From an uncultured Gammaproteobacteria bacterium (GTDB lineage: Bacteria > Patescibacteriota > Patescibacteriia > Patescibacteriales > WJLG01): 64,000 bases of DNA. The notes under the pieces are model-generated. The model was not told the origin of the DNA. It made no database searches and saw only the letters and a list, made by a program, of their open reading frames with translations. The DNA is taken from contig CAYNAR010000005.1 of the NCBI GenBank assembly GCA_964395625.1, forward strand, positions 6,537 through 70,536. Direction: 5' to 3'. This document shows, piece after piece, positions 36,898 through 45,101 of this stretch (within the stretch, counting starts at the first letter, position 1; each line of letters begins with the position of its first letter). Made by a program: the position numbers and the translations under genes.

Positions 36898-39565
36898 AAT
36901 TCTTAACGCTTAGGACGACTTTATTCTCTAGTCCGAGATCGATTGACACTTTTGATCCTTCTTTAATCTTTCCCTCTATTATTTCCAGCGACAGTTCATC
37001 GAGTATTTTGCTCTGTATAAGTCTTTTGAGTGGTCTGGCTCCAAAGGTTATATCATAGCCCTCGTTGGCCAGCATCTTTTTCATCTTAGGGCTTATTTTT
37101 AGGACGATGTCTTTATTCCTTAGTCTGCTTTGAACCTTGGAAAGCTCTAGGTCGACTATGTTTTCCAAAGACTCTTTGTCGAGCGCTCTGAAAACCACTA
37201 TTTCGTCGATACGGTTCAAGAATTCCAGTTTGAAGTATTCTCTTAATTTGCCGTCTATTTGATTTTTCATCTCCTTGAAATCGTTTTCTTTGGCATTTTG
37301 GCCCTCGTTGTCTTTGAAGCCTATGGAGAATTTTTTGATTATCTCATTACCAAGATTCGAAGTCATTATTATGACGGTGTTCTTGAAATTTACGGTTCTA
37401 CCCTTGGAGTCGGTCAAGCGTCCATCGTCCAATAATTGCAGTAAGATGTTGAACACTTCCGGGTCGGCTTTCTCTACTTCATCGAAAAGTATTACGCTAT
37501 ATGGGCGTCGACGTATCTTTTCTGTCAATTGTCCGCCGTCGTCATGCCCGACATAACCCGGAGGTGAGCCGATTAGCTTGGCTACGCTATGTTTCTCCAT
37601 GTATTCGCTCATATCCACTCTGATCAAGGAATTTTCGTCGTCGAACAGGAAAGAGGCTAGTGATTTGGCTAGCTGCGTTTTTCCGACGCCGGTCGGGCCT
37701 ACGAATAAGAACGAGCCTATTGGTCTTCCTTCCTCGCCAATGCCTGCGCGAGAACGACGTATCGCATTAGCGATCGAATGTATGGCATCGTTTTGACCGA
37801 TGACTTTTTTCTTCAATTCTTCTTCCATGTGCGAAAGCTTGCTGATTTCGCTTTCCATCATTTTGGATACAGGAACACCTGTCCAGCGAGAGACTACTTT
37901 TGCGATGTCCTCGGCGTCTATCTCTTCTTTAAGGATGGATTGTCCTTTTTTCTGGATTTCCGATAATTCTTTTTCGGCTTTTTTGACTTGTTTTTCCAGT
38001 TCAGGAATTTGTCCGTAACGTATTTCCGCCACCTTCATTAAGTCGTCACCGCGTCTTTCGGCTATTTCCGATTGTATCTTTAGTTCGTCTATCTGCCTCT
38101 TGGATTGCCTTATTTTGGCGATGGCGTCTTTTTCATTCCGCCAATGCAATTCTAATTGATTCGCTTTTTCTTTCAGCTCTTCCAGTTTTTTATTTAATTC
38201 TTTTTCCGAGAAGTCGTTCTTCTTGTCTTTGAATCCGCCCATTTTTATTATCTCTAGGCGGCGAATCTCTTTTTTCATTTTTTCCAAATCTTCCGGAGTC
38301 GAGTCGACTTCCATGCGCAAGGCGGAAGTGGCTTCGTCGATCAGGTCGATGGCCTTGTCGGGAAGGAAACGATCGGATATATAACGACTGGAAAGTTTTA
38401 CGGCCGATATTAAAGCTTCATCGGTGATGCGTATGCCGTGATGTATTTCGTATTTTTCTTTAATGCCACGTAAAATATCCACTGTATCCTCCTCAGTTGG
38501 TTCGGCGACATAGACCGGCTGGAAACGACGTTCCAAGGCGGCATCTTTCTCGATGTATTTTTGATATTCTTTGGTGGTCGTAGCTCCTATGGTGCGTATT
38601 TTACCGCGAGCCAAGGCCGGTTTTAACATATTGGAAGCGTCCATAGCCCCCTCACTGGCACCGGCACCGACGATAGTGTGCAATTCATCGACGAACAATA
38701 TGATATTACCATCTTGAGATTCGATCTCTTTCAGGACGGCCTTCAGTCTTTCTTCGAACTCGCCACGGAATTTGGCACCGGCGATCAATGCGCCAAGATC
38801 AAGCGATACTAGTTTGCGGTTGCGTAAATTCTCCGGAACGTCATTGGCTATGATACGTTGCGCCAAGCCTTCCACGATGGCCGTTTTTCCTGTTCCGGCG
38901 TCTCCGATGAGGACAGGGTTGTTTTTTGTGCGTCTGAGTAAGACCTGCATTATCCTTCTGATTTCTGAATCGCGACCGATTACGGGGTCCAGTTTTTTTT
39001 GTTTGGCCAGCTCCGTCAAATCAACGGTGTATTTTTCCAAGACGCGATATCTTACCTCCGGATCCGGATCGGTTATCGTTTTATTTCCTCTTAATTCCGT
39101 TAAGATTTTAGCGACTTGCTCGTATTCCACGCCATACTTGTTCAATACTTCCTTGGCTATGGATTTTACATTGAGAATGGATAGGAAGATGTGCTCGGTG
39201 GAGATGAATTCATCCTTCATTTTGTCCGCTTCTTTTTTTGACCCCTCCAATACGAAAGCAGCCTCAGCGGTTCCTGACACTGTGCCTACATTGCCATTAT
39301 TAAAGGGGGAGTGGTTGTTTATTTGCGGTTTTGCCGGATTCTTTTTGGCCGTCTTTTCCAATTCATCTAAAATTTCTTCATGTATATCTTCGGGGTCTAT
39401 AGCCATTTTTTCGAGAATCGGTTTCACCAAGCTCTCGTCTTGCTCCAAAAGGGAGCAGAGGAGGTGGGAGGCCTCGATATTTACTTGCCCGTATTCTTGG
39501 GCTATTATTTGAGCATTTATTATAGCTTCCTGAGACTTTGTAGTGAATTTATTGAACATATTCAT
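36896..39565 (-). CDS. clpB: ATP-dependent chaperone ClpB (Hsp100 disaggregase)
   Basis: Clp N-domain, two AAA+ modules (Walker A 'GDAGTGKTA' and 'GPTGVGKTQ') separated by a long coiled-coil M-domain. 889 aa. Confidence 0.95.
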   Translation of the reverse strand: MNMFNKFTTKSQEAIINAQIIAQEYGQVNIEASHLLCSLLEQDESLVKPILEKMAIDPEDIHEEILDELEKTAKKNPAKPQINNHSPFNNGNVGTVSGTAEAAFVLEGSKKEADKMKDEFISTEHIFLSILNVKSIAKEVLNKYGVEYEQVAKILTELRGNKTITDPDPEVRYRVLEKYTVDLTELAKQKKLDPVIGRDSEIRRIMQVLLRRTKNNPVLIGDAGTGKTAIVEGLAQRIIANDVPENLRNRKLVSLDLGALIAGAKFRGEFEERLKAVLKEIESQDGNIILFVDELHTIVGAGASEGAMDASNMLKPALARGKIRTIGATTTKEYQKYIEKDAALERRFQPVYVAEPTEEDTVDILRGIKEKYEIHHGIRITDEALISAVKLSSRYISDRFLPDKAIDLIDEATSALRMEVDSTPEDLEKMKKEIRRLEIIKMGGFKDKKNDFSEKELNKKLEELKEKANQLELHWRNEKDAIAKIRQSKRQIDELKIQSEIAERRGDDLMKVAEIRYGQIPELEKQVKKAEKELSEIQKKGQSILKEEIDAEDIAKVVSRWTGVPVSKMMESEISKLSHMEEELKKKVIGQNDAIHSIANAIRRSRAGIGEEGRPIGSFLFVGPTGVGKTQLAKSLASFLFDDENSLIRVDMSEYMEKHSVAKLIGSPPGYVGHDDGGQLTEKIRRRPYSVILFDEVEKADPEVFNILLQLLDDGRLTDSKGRTVNFKNTVIIMTSNLGNEIIKKFSIGFKDNEGQNAKENDFKEMKNQIDGKLREYFKLEFLNRIDEIVVFRALDKESLENIVDLELSKVQSRLRNKDIVLKISPKMKKMLANEGYDITFGARPLKRLIQSKILDELSLEIIEGKIKEGSKVSIDLGLENKVVLSVKN

Positions 39566-39587
39566 AATATGGATTTATTGTCGTATA

Positions 39588-39614
39588 TTAGCACTCTTTA
39601 TTATAGAGTGCTAA
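39588..39614. promoter_or_regulatory. CIRCE element (HrcA operator), perfect consensus TTAGCACTC-N9-GAGTGCTAA
   Basis: Read directly: TTAGCACTC (39588-39596), tttattata, GAGTGCTAA (39606-39614). Lies 23 nt upstream of the clpB start on the clpB-coding strand. Confidence 0.8.
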
Positions 39615-39618
39615 TATA

Positions 39619-39648
39619 AATATACATTATATATTATTACGGTGTCAA
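39619..39648 (-). promoter_or_regulatory. Putative clpB promoter (minus strand: -35 TTGACA, 18-nt spacer, -10 TATATT) just upstream of CIRCE
   Basis: The reverse complement of 39619-39648 reads TTGACA-N18-TATATT. The predicted TSS falls inside CIRCE, the classic HrcA-repressible layout. Confidence 0.5.
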
Positions 39649-39675
39649 GGAGATTTTTCGTAAAGAAAGGTTTAA

Positions 39676-39704
39676 TTGACAAGAGTATGAAAATATCCTA
39701 AAAT
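39676..39704 (+). promoter_or_regulatory. Putative sigma70 promoter (TTGACA, 17 nt, TAAAAT) for the 39749 ORF and downstream plus-strand genes
   Basis: TTGACA at 39676-39681 and TAAAAT at 39699-39704. Confidence 0.4.
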
Positions 39705-39748
39705 AGAAAAAGGTGTTTTTTGTACATTTTAACTAAAAAGGAGCTGTT

Positions 39749-40057
39749 ATGGTGGAAGTGGTCGGCGAAGATTTGGGCAGTATTATCACCCGCTTGAACT
39801 CTAAAATGGATCAAAAGATGGAGTTTAACGAGTCTTTTTTTGAAGATGTTAAATTTCTTGTTCTTGCGGGTGGAAAAACTGAATGTGTGGTAGATGTAAT
39901 TCAGAGGGTATTCTGTGTCATTAAAAGCAAGAAAATGAAAGAAGAAGTTCCTTCTCCTCTTAATGAAAAAATTAATAAGTTCATAAGAGATTGTTTCGAC
40001 ATAGATGAAATAGGTTATATTAGCTTTAAAAAAGCAAGCCCAAGTCTTTGTCGCTAG
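39749..40057 (+). CDS. Hypothetical small protein (102 aa)
   Basis: ORF with its own upstream promoter-like hexamers and a downstream terminator. No recognisable motif. Confidence 0.45.
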   Translation: MVEVVGEDLGSIITRLNSKMDQKMEFNESFFEDVKFLVLAGGKTECVVDVIQRVFCVIKSKKMKEEVPSPLNEKINKFIRDCFDIDEIGYISFKKASPSLCR

Positions 40058-40064
40058 AATAAGT

Positions 40065-40097
40065 TCCTCCCCGATAAAAAGGGAGGACTATTTTTTT
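40065..40097 (+). terminator. Rho-independent terminator
   Basis: UCCUCCC-CGAUAAAAA-GGGAGGA followed by CUAUUUUUUU. Confidence 0.6.
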
Positions 40098-40102
40098 AAC
40101 AG

Positions 40103-41347
40103 ATGACAAAAGAAGATAAGTCGTTTATAATTAAAATGATGGAAAAAATAACTATTTTAGGGATAAAAATAGACAATATTGATAGGAATGGTGTTGTCGG
40201 CGAAATCGATCGCCTGCTTAATGGCGGGCAACATTTAGTTTTTACCCCTAATCCGGAGATAATATTAGAGGCTAGTAAGGATGAAGAGTTATTCTATATA
40301 TTAAATCAAGCCGATTTATCACTTCCGGATGGTTTTGGGTTGAAAGTAGCGGCTTTCCTGTGTGGTAAAAAGATAGCTAGGGTTTCCGGTTCGGATGTGG
40401 TTGTCGATTTATTGCAGAAGTGCGAAAAAAGTTTAATTCCCGTCGGTTTTGTTATTTGGGAGAATGGGCTGTCCACTAAACAGGATGTCGTAGATGGTGT
40501 AAGTAGGAAGTATCCGAAACTGGAGTTTAAAGTTCAAGTAGGTGGTCGTTCTAATAATTTTGAGCCGAATGAGGAGTTCTTGTCGATCAATCCTGGTGTC
40601 GTATTTTTTGCTCTGGGCTGTCCTTGGCAAGAAAAAAACGCCTATCATTCGATATCTAAGATAGGCTCAGCTAAGGTTTTAATGGGCGTTGGGGGAGCGA
40701 TCGACTTTATATCCGATAAAGTGCGAAGAGCCCCGAAATTCATGCGCTATTGTGGATTAGAGTGGCTATGGAGATTAATTTTGAATCCTGGGAGGGTGAA
40801 AAGGATTTTTAACGCGGTAGTCGTTTTTACTTGGCGCGTTCTTGAAAGCCGGTTCATTCAACCATTTTTGTATCGTTCTTGTGTGTCTTGTCTTTTATAT
40901 AAAAGAAACAGCTCTGGAAAATACGACATCCTTGTTGTTGAAAGACAGGGCGAGCTTGGGCATTGGCAGCTTCCGCAAGGAGGAACCGATGGCGAGGAAA
41001 TTCTTAAAGCGGGGGAGAGGGAATTGCGAGAAGAGCTTAATACTGATAGGATAATTCCCAAACGCGTCTTTAAGCATCTGTATCGCTATAAATTCGGTGT
41101 TGGCGTCGGTATCAAAAAGAATGAAAAAAACGGACGAAATCGTCACATGGGTTACAAAGGGCAAAGATTGGGTTTGTTTATAGGCGAGTTCGTCGGTTGC
41201 GACGAGGATATAAAGGTGAATTTTTGGGATCACTCGGCTTGGAAGTGGGTAGATTCCGAAGACTTGGTTAATCAGGTGCATTTAGTTAGGCGAAGATCGG
41301 CTGAGATTTTTTTGAAAAAATTCAAAGAATTTGTTAAGAAAAAATAA
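40103..41347 (+). CDS. Fusion protein: WecB/TagA/CpsF-family glycosyltransferase (GT26) N-terminal domain plus C-terminal NUDIX hydrolase
   Basis: N-terminal 'ILGIKIDNIDRNGVVGEIDRLL...LVFTPNPEIILEA' is GT26-like. C-terminal 'LPQGGTDGEEILKAGERELREELN' is a complete Nudix box GX5EX7REUXEEXGU. Confidence 0.7.
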   Translation: MTKEDKSFIIKMMEKITILGIKIDNIDRNGVVGEIDRLLNGGQHLVFTPNPEIILEASKDEELFYILNQADLSLPDGFGLKVAAFLCGKKIARVSGSDVVVDLLQKCEKSLIPVGFVIWENGLSTKQDVVDGVSRKYPKLEFKVQVGGRSNNFEPNEEFLSINPGVVFFALGCPWQEKNAYHSISKIGSAKVLMGVGGAIDFISDKVRRAPKFMRYCGLEWLWRLILNPGRVKRIFNAVVVFTWRVLESRFIQPFLYRSCVSCLLYKRNSSGKYDILVVERQGELGHWQLPQGGTDGEEILKAGERELREELNTDRIIPKRVFKHLYRYKFGVGVGIKKNEKNGRNRHMGYKGQRLGLFIGEFVGCDEDIKVNFWDHSAWKWVDSEDLVNQVHLVRRRSAEIFLKKFKEFVKKK

Positions 41348-41360
41348 TATCATTAAACAT

Positions 41361-42899
41361 ATGGACAATAAAAAGATTCGTACGCGCTTCGCGCCATCTC
41401 CGACAGGCTTCTTGCATATAGGCAATTTGCGCACTGTTTTATTCGAGTATTTGACCGCTAAATCTTTAAAAGGGGATTTTATCCTTCGTATCGAGGATAC
41501 TGATCAAAAAAGAGAGGTGAAAGGTGCCGTCGAAAAACTTATAGATGTCTTGGATTGGGTCGGTATCAAATTCGACGAGGGTCCGCATGTCGGTGGGGCT
41601 TATGGTCCGTATATTCAGACGGAGCGTTTGGATGTGTATAAAAAATTTACACAGCAATTAATTGATAAAGGCGAGGCTTATTATTGTTTCTGTACCGAAG
41701 AAAGATTGGCTAAAATGCGTGAGGAGCAGGAGGCCATGAAGAAACCGCCACGCTATGACCGTTGTTGTCGTGATATTTCGATAGAGGAGGCTAATAAAAG
41801 AATCGCCAATGGTGAAAAATACGTCGTGCGTCAAAAGATGCCGCTTAGCGGTAAATTTACGTTTCACGAAGAATTGCGTGGAGATCTCGAGTTCAATGCC
41901 GAAGAGCTCGATGATCATGTCTTGATTAAATCCGATGGTGTTCCGACTTATCATTTCGCTTCCGTAGTCGATGATCACCTGATGGAAATAACTCATGTCT
42001 TGCGCGGTTCCGAGTGGTTGCCGTCTTTCCCGAAGAATGCGCTTCTATACCGTTCTTTCGGATGGGAAGCTCCAAAATTCTACCACCTATCATTAATAAT
42101 GAATAAAGAGGGCGGTAAGTTGAGCAAGCGCCAAGGGGATGTTGCCGTGGAGGATTTTCGTAAGAAAGGCTACTTAAAGGAGGGTTTGATAAATTTCATG
42201 CTTCTTTTAGGCTGGCATCCGGAAGGGGATAATGAAATAATAAGCCTATCGGAAGCGGAAAAACTTTTTAAACCGGAAAATATCGGTGTTTCTCCAGCTA
42301 TCTTCGATATAGAGAAGTTAGATTTCTTCAACGGTTATCATATTAGGCAAAAGGGTCTCGACGAATTAGTTGATCTTTGTCGCCCTTATTTGAGCGATAA
42401 TCTAGGATTAACCTCTCGTGAGGATAAAAAAGGAGATGAATTTTTGAAGAGAGTTATATTTTTGTCTCGTGAACGTCTAAAGAAACTTTCGGAGATTTCG
42501 GAGCAGACTAGATATTTTTTTACGGAGAAGTTGGAGTTCGATCCGGCTATGCTTGTTTGGCGCAAGTCTGACGCTGCTGGGGCTAAATCGGCGCTTAGCG
42601 ACCTTAAATTAGTCATAGAGGGTATTCCTGAAGATTGTTTCTCTTTTGGTTTAGACGAGTTAGCCGGTGTCGGTTCTATCGAAAATGGTAAGGCTGTGGT
42701 TAATCCGAATGTCGCCAAAATACAGGACATAATCATGGAGTATTTGCAAAAGAATGAAAAAGGGACAGGGGATTATCTTTGGCCCATGCGGGTTGCCTTG
42801 ACTGGCGAGAAGGCTTCTCCTTCTCCGTTCGAGATGGCATGGGCTCTTGGCAAAGAGGAGACGATATCCAAGATAACTAACGCGATCAGCAAGCTTTAA
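41361..42899 (+). CDS. gltX: Glutamate--tRNA ligase
   Basis: 'IRTRFAPSPTGFLHIGNLRT' (HIGH) and 'KLSKRQ' (KMSKS) are class I GluRS signatures. Start placed at ATG 41361. Confidence 0.9.
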   Translation: MDNKKIRTRFAPSPTGFLHIGNLRTVLFEYLTAKSLKGDFILRIEDTDQKREVKGAVEKLIDVLDWVGIKFDEGPHVGGAYGPYIQTERLDVYKKFTQQLIDKGEAYYCFCTEERLAKMREEQEAMKKPPRYDRCCRDISIEEANKRIANGEKYVVRQKMPLSGKFTFHEELRGDLEFNAEELDDHVLIKSDGVPTYHFASVVDDHLMEITHVLRGSEWLPSFPKNALLYRSFGWEAPKFYHLSLIMNKEGGKLSKRQGDVAVEDFRKKGYLKEGLINFMLLLGWHPEGDNEIISLSEAEKLFKPENIGVSPAIFDIEKLDFFNGYHIRQKGLDELVDLCRPYLSDNLGLTSREDKKGDEFLKRVIFLSRERLKKLSEISEQTRYFFTEKLEFDPAMLVWRKSDAAGAKSALSDLKLVIEGIPEDCFSFGLDELAGVGSIENGKAVVNPNVAKIQDIIMEYLQKNEKGTGDYLWPMRVALTGEKASPSPFEMAWALGKEETISKITNAISKL

Positions 42900-42942
42900 C
42901 GCTTACTGATTTTTGCATTAATAATTGATTAATTTTAAAGAT

Positions 42943-43248
42943 ATGGAAAAAATAAATATCGGAGATATCGAGAAAATTATCATTCCTCTAGAAAGTGATT
43001 TTGGTATAAGTTGCCAAAAAGGAGATAGGTCTTTGGAGCTTTCCGTTCCACCTCTAATCATTGATGGGTTAGATACTTTTGAAATAGCTGAGGCGTTGGA
43101 TGGTTATTTTCCCCTAGGCGCAAGAAAAGTAGAACAAGCCAACGGGTATTATATTGTCGAATTTTCTCTTGGAACAAAATCCGAGGAAATCCAGTCTTTG
43201 GTTAAAAAAATAGAGAGGGCTTACAAGGATAAAACTTTAAAAGAATAA
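42943..43248 (+). CDS. Hypothetical small protein (101 aa) between gltX and asnS
   Basis: Short ORF conserved in orientation. No recognisable motif. Confidence 0.4.
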   Translation: MEKINIGDIEKIIIPLESDFGISCQKGDRSLELSVPPLIIDGLDTFEIAEALDGYFPLGARKVEQANGYYIVEFSLGTKSEEIQSLVKKIERAYKDKTLKE

Positions 43249-43252
43249 CCAT

Positions 43253-44638
43253 ATGTCGACCATAAAAGATATTTTTAAAGGATTCAATGTTCTATTGGAT
43301 GAAAAGATTAGGATTTCCGGTTGGATAAGGACGTCTCGTTCTTCGGGGGAGATCGGTTTCATCGAATTGAACGACGGTACTTTTTTTAAAAGCCTGCAAG
43401 TGGTTTTTGATACTAAATTATCTAATTTTTCAGAGGTGGAGGGTTGGGGTACTGGTTCTTCTATTGAAGTCGAAGGTATTTTAGCGTCATCTCCCGCCGC
43501 CGGACAGCCATTCGAGCTACGTGTCGAAAAGATAAGTTTGATTTGTGCCGCTCCAGAGGATTACCCATTACAAAAGAAGAGACATAGTTTTGAGTTTTTG
43601 CGCGATATAGCCCATTTACGTCCTCGTTCTAATACTTTTTCCGCAGTTTTTCGCCTAAGATCCGTTTTGTCTTTTGCCATTCATAAATTCTTTCAAGAAA
43701 AGGGCTTCGTCTATGTCCATACCCCGATCATAACGACCAGTGATTGCGAAGGTGCCGGAGAGATGTTTCAGGTCACCACTATAGATTTGAAAAAAGCTCC
43801 GTTAGACGAAAAAGGCGATGTGGATTTTAAGGAGGATTTTTTTGGTGCACGGGCCGGATTAACCGTTAGCGGACAATTGAACGGCGAAGCCATGGCCATG
43901 GCTTTCAATAAAATTTACACCTTTGGTCCGACTTTTAGAGCTGAAAATTCCAATACAACTCGTCATGCTTGCGAATTTTGGATGATAGAGCCGGAAATAG
44001 CCTTTGCCGGACTGGCCGAAAATATGGCCTTGGCCGAGGAGATGATGAAATATTTGATTAACTATGTCCTTCGGGAACTGCCTGAGGAGATGGAGTTTTT
44101 CAATAAGTTTATCGATACTACCTTATTAGAGCGTCTTAATGGTATAGTTAAATCTGATTTTGGCAGGATAACGTATACGGAAGCTATAGATATTTTGAAA
44201 AAAGCCGACAAGAAGTTCGAATACCCGGTTGAATGGGGCATCGATCTGCAGACCGAGCATGAAAGGTATTTGACCGACGAGGTCTTTAAAAAGCCACTTT
44301 TTGTAACGGACTATCCTAAGGCGATAAAGGCTTTTTATATGAAAGAGAACAGTGACGGAAAGACTGTGGCCGCTATGGATTTGCTCGCTCCAGGTATTGG
44401 TGAAATAATCGGTGGCTCTCAACGTGAGGACGATTTTAATAAGCTGGAGAAGAGGATGGAGGAGGTCGGATTGAATAGGAATGATTATTATTGGTATTTG
44501 GACTTGCGAAGATATGGAGGGGCACCGCATGCCGGCTTCGGCTTGGGCTTCGAGCGTGCTATTATGTATCTTTCCGGTATGGCGAATATTCGAGACGTGA
44601 TTCCTTTTCCGCGCACCCCGAAGAACGCAAAATTCTAA
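43253..44638 (+). CDS. asnS: Asparagine--tRNA ligase
   Basis: Class IIb aaRS with an OB anticodon-binding N-terminus. 'GGSQREDD' and its 461-aa length favour AsnRS over AspRS. Confidence 0.85.
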   Translation: MSTIKDIFKGFNVLLDEKIRISGWIRTSRSSGEIGFIELNDGTFFKSLQVVFDTKLSNFSEVEGWGTGSSIEVEGILASSPAAGQPFELRVEKISLICAAPEDYPLQKKRHSFEFLRDIAHLRPRSNTFSAVFRLRSVLSFAIHKFFQEKGFVYVHTPIITTSDCEGAGEMFQVTTIDLKKAPLDEKGDVDFKEDFFGARAGLTVSGQLNGEAMAMAFNKIYTFGPTFRAENSNTTRHACEFWMIEPEIAFAGLAENMALAEEMMKYLINYVLRELPEEMEFFNKFIDTTLLERLNGIVKSDFGRITYTEAIDILKKADKKFEYPVEWGIDLQTEHERYLTDEVFKKPLFVTDYPKAIKAFYMKENSDGKTVAAMDLLAPGIGEIIGGSQREDDFNKLEKRMEEVGLNRNDYYWYLDLRRYGGAPHAGFGLGFERAIMYLSGMANIRDVIPFPRTPKNAKF

Positions 44639-44733
44639 TCCCTGTTTTGCTGAAGGATGGTTTTTCCGAGAATGATTTTATCGTTCTCGGATTTTTATTT
44701 TATTTATAAAAATGATATACTATCGGTATAGTT

Positions 44734-45096
44734 ATGAACAACTCCAATTCTTCCACTACCTCAATCGTTATAGCGGATATTTTTTGGAATATCTTGTTTT
44801 TTCCTATCTGGTGGTATTCCATCGGGTTAGTAGAATTCTTAAAAAAAATAAAAGTTTTTTTAAGCGATAAGCAAAAGTCGCTCGGCCTTTTCGTTTGGAT
44901 AAAGAATATTTTTGTCCCCATGTACGGACAGAAGGATTTTCAGGGTGTCATGATAAGTATCGTAATGCGCTTCATTCAAATAGTGTTTAGATTTTTGGCG
45001 ATGGTTTTTTGGTGTTTGGTGTCTTTTGTCGCCGTACTAGCGTGGTTGTCTTTTCCGATTTTATCGGTTTGGGGGATATTTTATCAAATCTTTTAA
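44734..45096 (+). CDS. Hypothetical small membrane protein (3 TM)
   Basis: Hydrophobic 120-aa ORF immediately upstream of the membrane-anchored Clp-like ATPase. Confidence 0.45.
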   Translation: MNNSNSSTTSIVIADIFWNILFFPIWWYSIGLVEFLKKIKVFLSDKQKSLGLFVWIKNIFVPMYGQKDFQGVMISIVMRFIQIVFRFLAMVFWCLVSFVAVLAWLSFPILSVWGIFYQIF

Positions 45097-45101
45097 TTCT
45101 T

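Noticed and set aside
38772-39512. 246-aa plus-strand ORF inside clpB
   Set aside because: Antisense to the unambiguous clpB coding region with no motif content. The smaller ORFs 37275..38018 are likewise spurious.
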